Virus record (IMG/VR): IMGVR_UViG_3300017725_001848
From: a virus
DNA: 64,000 nt
Strand: one strand, 5' to 3'
The notes below the pieces were generated by a model that saw nothing but the letters and a program-made list of their open reading frames with translations, made no database searches and was not told where the DNA came from. The position numbers and the translations under genes were made by a program. This document shows, piece after piece, positions 36,683-46,359 of this stretch. Position 1 is the first letter of the stretch, and each line of letters begins with the position of its first letter.

Positions 36683-36919
36683 ATGGCAGAAGAAAATAAA
36701 AATGCTGAAGCAGTAACATTGTCTATTCAGGACATTGTTCTTTCAGCTAATATTATTGACCTTGCTACACAACGTGGCGCATTTAAAGCCGCTGAAGCAG
36801 GTCAAGTAGGAAAATGTTTTGAAAAGCTAGTAGCTTTTATTAAAGCAAATACACCGGAACAACCTGAAGATGCAAAAGTTGAAACTGATGCAAAAGCAGA
36901 AACTCCGGCAAAGGAGTAA
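36683..36919 (+). CDS. Hypothetical protein
   Basis: AAGGAG RBS; ATAAATA at 36643-36649 upstream. Confidence 0.7.
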   Translation: MAEENKNAEAVTLSIQDIVLSANIIDLATQRGAFKAAEAGQVGKCFEKLVAFIKANTPEQPEDAKVETDAKAETPAKE

Positions 36920-36923
36920 TAAT

Positions 36924-37550
36924 ATGAGAAATACAAAACACGTTGGTAAATTGGCCAACACGCAGAAAAAAGTTGTAGTTGTATTCAGAGAATTACCAGA
37001 TGATCCAAAAAGTTGTTTGGTTGTAGATACTGATGCACTAGCAGACTGGATGCATGATGATGTAATCAATGCAGTAGAAGCACCAGGTGCTCAAGCGAGT
37101 CCTAACTTCTACGAGTATGCAGAGAGAACTGTAATGGCAGACGGTACTAATATGCTTCAAACACTTCACAAGACAGGAAGACTTATGAAACAGTCTACTG
37201 ATAATGTGTTAATGACACCTAATGCAGAAATTGCAGTAGGCTTAACTGAAATTAATAACATTGTTCGTGAAGAAACTAAAGGTGCACCTATTGTAGCACC
37301 ACCAACGGATGAGACTCCAATGGCGGGTAAAGAAGTTAAAGCTGACCAAGCCGCTCCTGCACCAGTTGCAGAAACTGCTACACCAGGTGAGACTCTTGAT
37401 GATACACAGATGGCAAAGAACTTATTAGCTCAAGCTAAATCGTTTGAGTCAGAAGCTAAAAACTTAAAAGCTCAGGCATATGAATTGGCACCAGGTTTAA
37501 AACCAGGACCAAAGAAGACTGATGCTAAAGTTACTGAACCAGCTGAATAA
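36924..37550 (+). CDS. Hypothetical phage protein with Ala/Pro-rich C-terminal half
   Basis: AAGGAG RBS before ATG 36924. Confidence 0.7.
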   Translation: MRNTKHVGKLANTQKKVVVVFRELPDDPKSCLVVDTDALADWMHDDVINAVEAPGAQASPNFYEYAERTVMADGTNMLQTLHKTGRLMKQSTDNVLMTPNAEIAVGLTEINNIVREETKGAPIVAPPTDETPMAGKEVKADQAAPAPVAETATPGETLDDTQMAKNLLAQAKSFESEAKNLKAQAYELAPGLKPGPKKTDAKVTEPAE

Positions 37551-37575
37551 TTAAAAACAAGAAGGCGGGCAAAAA

Positions 37576-37872
37576 ATGCCAATTGAAAGAAAAGATAGAT
37601 CTTTTGATCTGATCTTTGATCAAGTATCTATGGACCATATACCAGCAGAGTATATTAAAGAGGTCCAAATAAACCTAGCTACTGGTGAGAAGGTTGTACT
37701 GACTCAAGAAGATCTAAAAAAGATAAAAGAAGAATCTCCAAAAGATGATATCTTAAAAGCATTAACAGTAGACTCTATGTCAAAAATTAATCTTAAATTA
37801 GATTATGACGCAATTAAATCAGACGTGATGAATGGCGTTACAGGATTTTTAGGAAAACACTTTGACAAATAA
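37576..37872 (+). CDS. Hypothetical protein
   Basis: Intact ORF. Confidence 0.6.
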   Translation: MPIERKDRSFDLIFDQVSMDHIPAEYIKEVQINLATGEKVVLTQEDLKKIKEESPKDDILKALTVDSMSKINLKLDYDAIKSDVMNGVTGFLGKHFDK

Positions 37873-38533
37873 TATTAATGTATGGCTATGCGGTATACCA
37901 GGATCTAGGTGGAGCGGAATTGATATACAATTACGTTCTATCTTAACCTGTGATCGTACAGACGAAACTCCAGAAAGAACTCAATATCATAGACCTAAAA
38001 CACCAGGTGATGTTAACAATGGACATCGTGGTAGTTATTGGGGTCCAGGAATGGGCTGTGGTGAAGATTGGATAGACTTTAATTTTCTTACACCTAATAA
38101 ACTACAGGATGATATTAATGATGTATTCTCTGGAGAGGGATATCGTATTATTAAAGGTCATGTGTTTGCTAGGCATTTTAATTTAGATTACATATGGAAT
38201 CACTTTCCAGGTGATAAGATTATGTTAGTTTATAGAGAACCTCAAAAGAGCTTTGCTTGGTGGAGTGAAGTTATGTGTTTTGATGAGGATCATTATCCAG
38301 ATTATAGACCTGGATATAAAAACTATGATAGAATGTGGGAACTGTTATGGCAAGAAAGTAGTAGTATTACAGACTTTGCAGTTCGTAAAGGACTAGAATT
38401 CAAACCGTGGAGTACAGAACTATTTAAAAACTGGAATTCATTTAACCTAGATAAATCTTTGGAGTATGTAGAGGTAAATAAACATAAGCATTCAGATGTT
38501 TATATTGCATCAGCAACAATTCCGGAGAGATAG
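37862..38533 (+). CDS. Sulfotransferase-fold-like protein
   Basis: VWLCGIPGSRWSG (PSB-loop-like), IIKGH, MLVYREP..SFAWW (PB-like). Confidence 0.5.
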   Translation: MTNNINVWLCGIPGSRWSGIDIQLRSILTCDRTDETPERTQYHRPKTPGDVNNGHRGSYWGPGMGCGEDWIDFNFLTPNKLQDDINDVFSGEGYRIIKGHVFARHFNLDYIWNHFPGDKIMLVYREPQKSFAWWSEVMCFDEDHYPDYRPGYKNYDRMWELLWQESSSITDFAVRKGLEFKPWSTELFKNWNSFNLDKSLEYVEVNKHKHSDVYIASATIPER

Positions 38534-38534
38534 A

Positions 38535-39239
38535 ATGGGATCACCTTTTAAAAGTCCTTGGCACTTTGACAAGTTTAGAGAAGACCAAGAAGGCGAATAT
38601 GTAAAAATAGTAGGTCGTTTTATAGGCGACTGGACTGATGAAATAGAATTAGCTAGATCAAAGGGTGTACAAAATCAAGCATACAACGAGCAAAGATACG
38701 AACACGCGGCTAATAAAAAAAGCGAAAATCACGTAGAAGAAGATAAAGAGAACCCAGATGGCAAACCAGAAGCCGTTATGTTCCGTAAGGTAAACTTTGA
38801 CAAATATCCAGACGAGTTCCCTCAATTTACCAAAATCACAGAATTTTTAAAATTTAACAAAGACGATAAACTAACTTGTAAGTTTAACGATCAATACCCT
38901 AATGATCAGCTTATGTGGCATATAGATAACTTACCAGGTAATCCACGTGGTGAACGGGTAATAGATAATCCAGATTTCCAATATCAAAACAGTAACAAAA
39001 TAAGATTCCTCATTCCTATGGAAGATTGGGAGCCAGGACAGATATTTCAATTTGGTAATCGTGTATATACACAATGGAAAGCAGGTACTATATTCACGTG
39101 GGAGTGGAGTACATTACCTCATTTAACTTGGAATGGAAGTTGGCGTAAACGCCCTTGTTTGCAGTTAACAGGCAATGCTACAGAAGAAACGTGGAATATA
39201 GTAAACAATGGATCAGCAGATAAAACATATACAATCTAA
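38535..39239 (+). CDS. Fe(II)/2-oxoglutarate oxygenase-like cupin
   Basis: WHID (HxD), distal PHLTWNG, R..LQLTG. Confidence 0.65.
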   Translation: MGSPFKSPWHFDKFREDQEGEYVKIVGRFIGDWTDEIELARSKGVQNQAYNEQRYEHAANKKSENHVEEDKENPDGKPEAVMFRKVNFDKYPDEFPQFTKITEFLKFNKDDKLTCKFNDQYPNDQLMWHIDNLPGNPRGERVIDNPDFQYQNSNKIRFLIPMEDWEPGQIFQFGNRVYTQWKAGTIFTWEWSTLPHLTWNGSWRKRPCLQLTGNATEETWNIVNNGSADKTYTI

Positions 39240-39251
39240 CATATGCTAATG

Positions 39252-39258
39252 ATAAATA
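39252..39258 (+). promoter_or_regulatory. Putative late promoter ATAAATA
   Basis: Intergenic, 41 nt before the radical SAM start, followed by a small hairpin (GTGCAG/TTGCAC, 39268-39285). Confidence 0.45.
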
Positions 39259-39298
39259 CACAGTACGGTGCAGACGAACTTGCACATAAGGAAAAATA

Positions 39299-40729
39299 AT
39301 GTCAGATAACAAATTACCTTCGGATACATTTTGTATCCTACCATGGATTCATTTATCAACAAGACCAGACGGAAGTATGAGAGTATGTTGTACCGCAAAT
39401 GCAAGTTCAGTAGGTGCTACAAACGACAAAGAGCACGGTGGTCGTGTTGGAGTTTTGAAACTAGAAGATGGCAGACCTGCCAACTTAAATAATTCAGATT
39501 TAGATAGTAGCTGGAATAATTCTTATATGCGAAGTGTACGTAAGATGATGATGAACGGCGAAAAACCGGCAAGTTGTTTAAAGTGCTACAAGGAAGAAGC
39601 CGCAGGACATAGAAGTAAGCGACAATGGGAAACGGACTACTGGATTAAAGATGGAATTGACATAGAACAATTAAAAAAAGAAACATACGAAGATGGAAGT
39701 ACTGACAGTAAACTTCGTTACATCGATATACGTATGGGAACCAAATGTCAATTAGCCTGTGTTATGTGTAGCCCACATGACTCGAGTGGTTGGGTTAAAG
39801 ACTGGAAAGCATTACACCCACAGATTGAAAATAAAACACTCAAAGATACTATGGTATGGGAGAAAAAAGGTAGAGAATTTGATGCAAGTTATAATTGGCA
39901 CAAAGATAATCCAATGTTTTGGGATCAGTTTTGGAAACAAATACCGTACATAAGACAATTATATTTTGCAGGTGGTGAGTCTACAGTTATTGAAGAACAT
40001 TATGAAATCTTAGATAAAGTTATTGAAATGGGTTACGCACACCAAATTGAAGTGCGTTACAATTCAAACTGTATTGAGTTACCAGATAGGTTACTTGAGC
40101 AATGGAAACACTTTCAAAAAGTTCGTATGCATTATAGTGTAGATAGCATTGGTGCTATGAATGATTATATAAGATATCCAAGTGAGTGGGAACATAATTT
40201 AAGACAGTTCAAACGTTTGGATACAATGACATCAAACAATGTAGAAGTAACTATTGCCTGTGCAGTTAATGCCTTAAACATTCATTATATTCCAGATTTC
40301 CTTAAATGGAAACTTCAGGAAAGCGGACTAAAGAAAACTAATATGTGGCCATTTGGTGCAGGTGGTATTAACTATCACTTTGTATATTGGCCTGGACACT
40401 TGAATGTTAAAGTATTACCAAGAGAGTTTTTAGATAAGACTGAAGCCAAGTATGAAGAGTTTATTGAATGGTGGAAAGAAAATTGGGAACTAGGTGTTCC
40501 TAGCTGGCATAAAGGTAAAGTACCATATGAAAAGTGGGAAGAAGCTAGTTATGGAATCAAAAGACTTAGAGGAATGATTAAGTTTGCTAAGAGTGAAGAC
40601 TGGACTCGTAGACTTCCTGAATTTAGAGAATACATTAACAAGTTAGATAAACTTCGTGGCACAGATTTCCGTGCAACATTTCCTGAGATGGCTTACTTAC
40701 TAGATGAGCCAAAAGATGGAAAAGAATAA
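39299..40729 (+). CDS. Radical SAM protein with N-terminal twitch-like domain
   Basis: FCILPW..VCC..CLKC; CQLACVMC; FAGGES; YSVDS. Confidence 0.92.
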   Translation: MSDNKLPSDTFCILPWIHLSTRPDGSMRVCCTANASSVGATNDKEHGGRVGVLKLEDGRPANLNNSDLDSSWNNSYMRSVRKMMMNGEKPASCLKCYKEEAAGHRSKRQWETDYWIKDGIDIEQLKKETYEDGSTDSKLRYIDIRMGTKCQLACVMCSPHDSSGWVKDWKALHPQIENKTLKDTMVWEKKGREFDASYNWHKDNPMFWDQFWKQIPYIRQLYFAGGESTVIEEHYEILDKVIEMGYAHQIEVRYNSNCIELPDRLLEQWKHFQKVRMHYSVDSIGAMNDYIRYPSEWEHNLRQFKRLDTMTSNNVEVTIACAVNALNIHYIPDFLKWKLQESGLKKTNMWPFGAGGINYHFVYWPGHLNVKVLPREFLDKTEAKYEEFIEWWKENWELGVPSWHKGKVPYEKWEEASYGIKRLRGMIKFAKSEDWTRRLPEFREYINKLDKLRGTDFRATFPEMAYLLDEPKDGKE

Positions 40730-41975
40730 CCAACCACCAACTATTAGATCTAGGCTAGAAGATTTACCTACATCAAGTTATTGTTCATATCTTTGGGCAG
40801 GCGCCGCAGTTGGCCCTGATGGGCTTGTTATGCCATGTTGCAGATTTTTTGGTCCTAGGACAAAAAACGATCCAGCTCCTCATATTAGAGACGGAATAAA
40901 AAAAGCCAGAGAAGGTGAATACTTTACTAGTATAAGAAAACAAATGATTGAAGGGAAGAGACCATATCAATGTGGAAAATGTTGGGGTATGGAAGACTCT
41001 TTGTTAAAAGCAGAAGATGCTGGCGACAAATTAGTTAGAGGAAGTCTTCCTAGATTAAACATTGATGAAAAAACAGATAAAACAAGACAAACTACAACAG
41101 GCCCTGCAAAAATAAAATATTTAGAAACAGGTATAAGCAGTCTTTGTAATATGGCTTGTGTTATGTGTGGCCCTTATGCTAGTAGTACAATCTACAGTAT
41201 TAAATTTCCTAAAAAGAAAATACCAAGAGGCTTTCATGAATCTAATGATAACATAGATGATGACTTATCTGAATTACGTTATTTAAAATTTGTAGGTGGT
41301 GAACCTATGCTAGAACACAAACATGATGACTTATTAGAAAAAGTTATTCAGCTTAATGATACTCCAGAAAAACTAGCAATAGAATATCATACTAATGCTA
41401 GTCATTTTCCTAGTAGAAGAGTTATTGAATGTTGGAAAAAGATTAAAAAAATTCATATTATTTTTAGTCTTGATGGGGTAAAAGAAAATGCTACATTACA
41501 ACGGCCAGGCAAATATACTTGGCAAATGATAGAAGATACTGTAAACAAGTATAGAGAACTATCAAACGAAGTTAATATACAATTTGCTAGTAATACTGTT
41601 ATGACAGCATTAAACATAGGACAAATAACTGATATAGCAGATTGGTTATATAGTAAAGTTGGAGATAAAGAATTAGACTGGTTTAATGTTAATCCAATTA
41701 CACCAGGACATGATGACTATATAGATTTTAGAAATCTTAGTAAGGAAACAAAAGATAGAATTAAAAAGAAATGGAACGATTGGGAAAATAGCAATCCACC
41801 AGCAAGAAAAAGTCCTATAGGCAGAATGCTTGATGTAGCTAGATTTCATATAGATGAAACTGGAAATTTAGATCAGCATTTAACAAAAGAATTGATGTTA
41901 GCGAAACATCGACTAAATCAGAACTGGAAACATTTTGGTGAAGATTTAACAAATTTAGATATTGAGGAAAAATAA
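40704..41975 (+). CDS. Radical SAM protein with N-terminal twitch-like domain
   Basis: YCSYLW..PCC..CGKC; CNMACVMC; FVGGEP; FSLDG. Confidence 0.9.
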   Translation: MSQKMEKNNQPPTIRSRLEDLPTSSYCSYLWAGAAVGPDGLVMPCCRFFGPRTKNDPAPHIRDGIKKAREGEYFTSIRKQMIEGKRPYQCGKCWGMEDSLLKAEDAGDKLVRGSLPRLNIDEKTDKTRQTTTGPAKIKYLETGISSLCNMACVMCGPYASSTIYSIKFPKKKIPRGFHESNDNIDDDLSELRYLKFVGGEPMLEHKHDDLLEKVIQLNDTPEKLAIEYHTNASHFPSRRVIECWKKIKKIHIIFSLDGVKENATLQRPGKYTWQMIEDTVNKYRELSNEVNIQFASNTVMTALNIGQITDIADWLYSKVGDKELDWFNVNPITPGHDDYIDFRNLSKETKDRIKKKWNDWENSNPPARKSPIGRMLDVARFHIDETGNLDQHLTKELMLAKHRLNQNWKHFGEDLTNLDIEEK

Positions 41976-42514
41976 TGAAGTATGTATTAGTAGCTCTGAA
42001 AGGTGAACTTCCAGAGCATAATCTAAATCCAGAAGAATATAAAGTCTGGTATCATGGAGTCGGAAAAGTAAATGCTACAATGTTTGCTACTATGGCTTGT
42101 ATACAATCTGATTGCGAAGCAGTAATTAATTATGGAACTGCTGGTGCATTAAATACAGAACTAGCAGAACAATTAGTTCAGGTTGGACTTGTTAAACAAC
42201 GTGATATGGATACAAGACCACAAGCTGGGTTAGGTATAACTCCTTTTGAAGAAACTGGATTTGCAGGAGATATTAGAATATCAAATAGTGCATGGAGTTG
42301 TAGTAGTGGTGATAATTTTGTACAAGCACCACCAGAACTTGAAAGTGATATAGTTGATATGGAATCGTATGGTATAGCAAAAGTTTGTAAACATTTTAAC
42401 AAGCCTTTTATTTGCTATAAATATGTAACAGATTTTGCTGATGAGAATGCGGCAGATAGTTGGAAAAATAATCAAGCAAAAGGCGCAGGTGCCTTTTTGG
42501 AGATGTGTAAATAA
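41975..42514 (+). CDS. mtnN: 5'-methylthioadenosine/S-adenosylhomocysteine nucleosidase (Pfs/MTAN family)
   Basis: GVGKVNA, NYGTAG, SGDNF, VDMES, YVTDFAD. Confidence 0.85.
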   Translation: MKYVLVALKGELPEHNLNPEEYKVWYHGVGKVNATMFATMACIQSDCEAVINYGTAGALNTELAEQLVQVGLVKQRDMDTRPQAGLGITPFEETGFAGDIRISNSAWSCSSGDNFVQAPPELESDIVDMESYGIAKVCKHFNKPFICYKYVTDFADENAADSWKNNQAKGAGAFLEMCK

Positions 42515-42515
42515 T

Positions 42516-43775
42516 ATGAGCGGATTTTGTTCGTTACCATTTGTTCAATATAGTACATATAACGGTGGACGTTATAGACTATGTTGTATGGCCAAAGAAC
42601 CTAAAAAACTAGTTAATCAAGAAGAACTAGGTATAGAAGGTACTTGGAATCATGACTACGTAAAAGAAGTAAGACGTAAAATGACTGCAGGCGAATGGTT
42701 ACCCGAATGTGGCGAATGTCAACACTTAGAACGTAATGGCATTATGAGTTCAAGACAATGGGAAAATGAACAATGGAAAGATGTAATTGATGATGTAGTA
42801 GCTGATGCTTCAGCTAATGATTGGGAAGTTGAACAACCTTTACAATTTGATTTTAGACTAGGAAATCTATGTAATTTACAATGTCAAATGTGTAACAAAG
42901 AAGCATCACATTTGGTAAGTATAGAACGTGCAAAGATGATAGACCAAGGACTTGGGTTAGATCACAAGGATTGGAAAGGCATGATTGCAGAAAAGAAAAA
43001 AGCATTACTTCAGCCAGGAATAGAATGGGAAAGTTTTACTCCTATGTTAAAGTATGCTCGTAAAATAAAATTAATTGGAGGCGAACCAACAGTAGCCAAA
43101 GATATGTTTAAACTATTAGATCTTGCAGTAGAAAGTGGACACGCAGAACATATTGAGTTAAGTTTTTATACAAACATTACTAATATGCAAGACAAATGGT
43201 TAGAACAATTAAGTAAGTTTGAACGTGTAATAGTTAACTGCTCATTAGAAGGTATGGAAGAAATGAACGATTATTTAAGACCGCCATCTAAATGGGATAG
43301 TGTTTGGAAGAACTTTGATAAGTTAGTTAAGTTTGCAGATACTAAAGCAGGTAAACGTATTAAGGTAAGAGTTACTACAGTTAACCAGATGACTAATGCA
43401 CTTCACATTACAAAGTTTTGGAAGTTTATGCATGACTACCGAATGACTAGTAATAGAGGAATTGGAATGAGTACTAATCAACTTATTGAACCTCAATATT
43501 ATAGTATGGCTCATGCTCCAGAATGGTTGAAAGAGAGACAACGTGAACAAATATTGGAATTTCTTAAGAGTATCGGAAATAGCCCACACTTTAAACAATA
43601 CGAAGAGCCACTTATGGAAGTGGTTAATTTTAGTCTTGATAGTAAGCATAAGTATAATGCTGACATCATGCGTCAATACGTCAAAGTCACAGAAAACTAT
43701 GACAGATTCAGACAACACGTGGTTACCAAAGTGTCGCCCGAGTTTGAACGAATTAGATCAGAAGTCACTAAATAA
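42516..43775 (+). CDS. Radical SAM protein with N-terminal twitch-like domain
   Basis: FCSLPF..LCC..CGEC; CNLQCQMC; LIGGEP; CSLEG. Start moved to ATG 42516. Confidence 0.9.
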   Translation: MSGFCSLPFVQYSTYNGGRYRLCCMAKEPKKLVNQEELGIEGTWNHDYVKEVRRKMTAGEWLPECGECQHLERNGIMSSRQWENEQWKDVIDDVVADASANDWEVEQPLQFDFRLGNLCNLQCQMCNKEASHLVSIERAKMIDQGLGLDHKDWKGMIAEKKKALLQPGIEWESFTPMLKYARKIKLIGGEPTVAKDMFKLLDLAVESGHAEHIELSFYTNITNMQDKWLEQLSKFERVIVNCSLEGMEEMNDYLRPPSKWDSVWKNFDKLVKFADTKAGKRIKVRVTTVNQMTNALHITKFWKFMHDYRMTSNRGIGMSTNQLIEPQYYSMAHAPEWLKERQREQILEFLKSIGNSPHFKQYEEPLMEVVNFSLDSKHKYNADIMRQYVKVTENYDRFRQHVVTKVSPEFERIRSEVTK

Positions 43776-43841
43776 CATTAACGAACATATTCACTGGCAT
43801 TGCAAGTGGTCATTTTGGTTTAATGGAGGAGCAAAAAAGTA

Positions 43842-45074
43842 ATGAATAATTTTGGATTTAAAAGTTATAATAGTTGGGATAAACTAACAAAGGTAATGGT
43901 GGGAAATGTATTTCCTGAAGGCTTCTTTGAAGACTATCATGATAAAAAAGTAGCAGATGTCATGACGAAAGTAAATGAAGAAACCAGAGAAGACTTGGAT
44001 TATTTTTGTAAAGTATTAACAGAAAGTTATGGTGTAAAAGTTTACAGAATGCCAGATACTTGTGTAACTGATAATAAAAGATACGAAAGTGTAACAGAAT
44101 TTGTAGAAGAAGAAGGATACATACCAAGACCATTTAATACACCTAGAGATGATCAAATTATATTTGGTGAAAAATTATTAACAGGCAAACGTGATAGTAT
44201 TTTTAGAAAATGGAATAAAACAATGCTTGATAACCATAATATCTTTACTGAAGATGAATATGCACCTTGGGCAGGTTGTGATGATTTTTTAGATCTAGGA
44301 GATGAGAATCAAGAATTAAACATAATAAAAGAAGCAACGGCACTAAACCCAGGCAAAGGATTTGCTATTTCTTGGCCTAGTATTATGAGAACTGGTAGAG
44401 ATATTATGATTGACTTACATGACTTTAATGGCCCTACTAAAGTATTAGTTGAATGGTTTAAAAAGTTTAATGAAAAGTATGGGTACAATTTTAGAATCAA
44501 TACTACAGTTATGGGTGGTCATACAGATGCAGTATTAGCTCTAGTGAGACCAGGATTGCTTATTAGTCATACTAATGTAAACAAATATGAAGAAACATAT
44601 CCAGGTTGGGATGTTATTAAAATAGATAGAAAGCATAATGATCATACTACTGCTTGGCAAGATTATAGAGTAACAGTAAAAGATGACTGGAGATTAAACA
44701 AGAAAAGACCAGTAGCAGATTATTGGATAGCAGGCGAAGAACAAAACGAAGCATTACATAAATTTATTGATTTATATATGCACCCTAGTGTAGGTGCTTG
44801 TTGGGAGACTAATTTTGATGTAAATTGTTTGAGTGTTAATGAGAATACAGTAATTGCTAGTGGCCCTGCTAAAGAACTTGAAGATAAATTAGGTGAACAT
44901 AAAGTAGATGTAGTTACTTGTAATATGAGACACAGATTCTTCTGGGACGGTGGATTACATTGTGCTACAAGTGATCTAGAACGTGAAGGTGATTGTGAAG
45001 ACTATTTTCCAGAACGTGGAGATCAGGGAATTGAGTTTGGTAGATTATGGGGTAATAACGAGCTACGAAGATAA
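43842..45074 (+). CDS. Amidinotransferase (glycine/inosamine amidinotransferase, pentein fold)
   Basis: SYNSWDKL, PRDD, GGHTD, catalytic Cys in FWDGGLHCAT. CTAAATA at 43768-43774 upstream. Confidence 0.8.
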   Translation: MNNFGFKSYNSWDKLTKVMVGNVFPEGFFEDYHDKKVADVMTKVNEETREDLDYFCKVLTESYGVKVYRMPDTCVTDNKRYESVTEFVEEEGYIPRPFNTPRDDQIIFGEKLLTGKRDSIFRKWNKTMLDNHNIFTEDEYAPWAGCDDFLDLGDENQELNIIKEATALNPGKGFAISWPSIMRTGRDIMIDLHDFNGPTKVLVEWFKKFNEKYGYNFRINTTVMGGHTDAVLALVRPGLLISHTNVNKYEETYPGWDVIKIDRKHNDHTTAWQDYRVTVKDDWRLNKKRPVADYWIAGEEQNEALHKFIDLYMHPSVGACWETNFDVNCLSVNENTVIASGPAKELEDKLGEHKVDVVTCNMRHRFFWDGGLHCATSDLEREGDCEDYFPERGDQGIEFGRLWGNNELRR

Positions 45075-45151
45075 ATAAAACGATAACAAATTAATCAGAT
45101 TTTTTTTTGGCTATCAAATATTTTTTTTTGAACAATGAAAAGGAAAAAGAA

Positions 45152-45979
45152 ATGACACAGTTAATATCCCCACAAAAATTTACAGACGCAGTTGGCCTTT
45201 TAAGGTCATTTTTTTTGGCTAAAGGTTTCCAAGAAGTCCATACCCAAAACAGATTATCAATACTTGCCGCTTGTGAAGATCCATTTAATGTAGCAACATA
45301 CAATTATGCAGGTCAAGTATGGCCACTTCCACAAACAGGTCAAATGTGGCTTGAACACGAATTACTTACAGACCCTAATGCAAAAGGTTTCTTTTGTGTA
45401 AGTACCAGCTATAGACAAGAGCCAAATGCTATTCCAGGTAGACACGATATAATATTCCCAATGTTTGAATTTGAAATGCCAGGTAACATTGACAATTTAA
45501 AAGAAATGGAATACGAACTAGTAGATTACTTAGGCTTTGAAAAACCATACGAAATGACATATGCTGATTGGCAAAGTCATTATGGTGTTGAAGGTGAGCT
45601 AAAGGCAGAACATGAAACTAAAATGTACGAAGACTTTAAAACTGCAATGATTACAGACTTTCCAGAATTCACAAGTCCTTTTTGGAATATGAGTAGATAT
45701 CCTGGTGACACAGAATCAAAGAAGATTGATGTAATACTAGGTGGAATGGAAACAATAGGAAGTGCAGAACGTTCATGTGATGTAGAACAAATGCGAGATA
45801 CATTTCATACTATTACAGAAGGTGCATATAGTGAACTATTATTTAAACTATTTGGTAAAGAACGAGTACAAGCAGAACTAGAAGAGTTCTTAAAGTTTGA
45901 CTTCTTCCCACGTGTAGGCGGTGGTATAGGCATGACAAGAATGATTAGTGCTTTAGATAAACAAAATACTGTAACTTAA
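45152..45979 (+). CDS. Class II aminoacyl-tRNA synthetase paralog without anticodon-binding domain (AsnA-like or EpmA-like ligase)
   Basis: Motif 2 SYRQEP...RHD..F.MFEFE, GMETIGSAER, motif 3 VGGGIGMTRM; about 275 aa, catalytic core only. Confidence 0.75.
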   Translation: MTQLISPQKFTDAVGLLRSFFLAKGFQEVHTQNRLSILAACEDPFNVATYNYAGQVWPLPQTGQMWLEHELLTDPNAKGFFCVSTSYRQEPNAIPGRHDIIFPMFEFEMPGNIDNLKEMEYELVDYLGFEKPYEMTYADWQSHYGVEGELKAEHETKMYEDFKTAMITDFPEFTSPFWNMSRYPGDTESKKIDVILGGMETIGSAERSCDVEQMRDTFHTITEGAYSELLFKLFGKERVQAELEEFLKFDFFPRVGGGIGMTRMISALDKQNTVT

Positions 45980-45992
45980 TTATTACCAATAT

Positions 45993-46003
45993 CTAAATAA
46001 ATA
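45993..46003 (+). promoter_or_regulatory. Putative late promoter (overlapping CTAAATA and ATAAATA)
   Basis: Intergenic, upstream of the virion-like protein. Confidence 0.5.
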
Positions 46004-46047
46004 CTAGAATAGTTAGAGAAGTAACTGTAATACTTTAGGAGATTATC

Positions 46048-46359
46048 ATGGCACAAAAAGCATTTATGGCAGATGCTGGCGTTCGTTTAGGCGAATGGAG
46101 CATTGTTGAATTAGCAAACGGCGACCTGCAAGTTTCTAATATGCATACTATATCAGGTTCACAAAAGATGTTCAGAGTTGACAAAGGTTTACGTATGGGA
46201 GACTGGAGAATGACAGTTGACGGTAATGGAGATATGAATCTATCTGAAACTGCAATAACAGGATCACAAAGACCTTTTATAGCAGACGGCGGAGTTAGAG
46301 TTGGTGCGTGGACATTACGTCCAACAGAAGATGGTGATTTGTATGCAGAAAAAGATGCC
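46048..46359 (+). repeat. Three tandem protein repeats of about 35 aa
   Basis: AQKAFMADAGVRLGEW..NGDL / SQKMFRVDKGLRMGDW..NGDM / SQRPFIADGGVRVGAW..DGDL. Confidence 0.85.

Noticed and set aside
37862-37890. TTGACA at the sulfotransferase-like gene start
   Set aside because: There is no acceptable -10 hexamer at 16-18 nt spacing.
43543-43842. Alternate-frame ORF with a lipoprotein-like signal (LILVLIVSISIMLTSC) overlapping the radical-SAM 3' end
   Set aside because: It has a GTG start with no clear RBS and lies mostly inside a well-supported gene. The +1 frame of AT-rich genes gives similar hydrophobic shadows elsewhere (14295, 20043, 39759, 47078). It does coincide with a GC3 island, so ribosome profiling could revive it.
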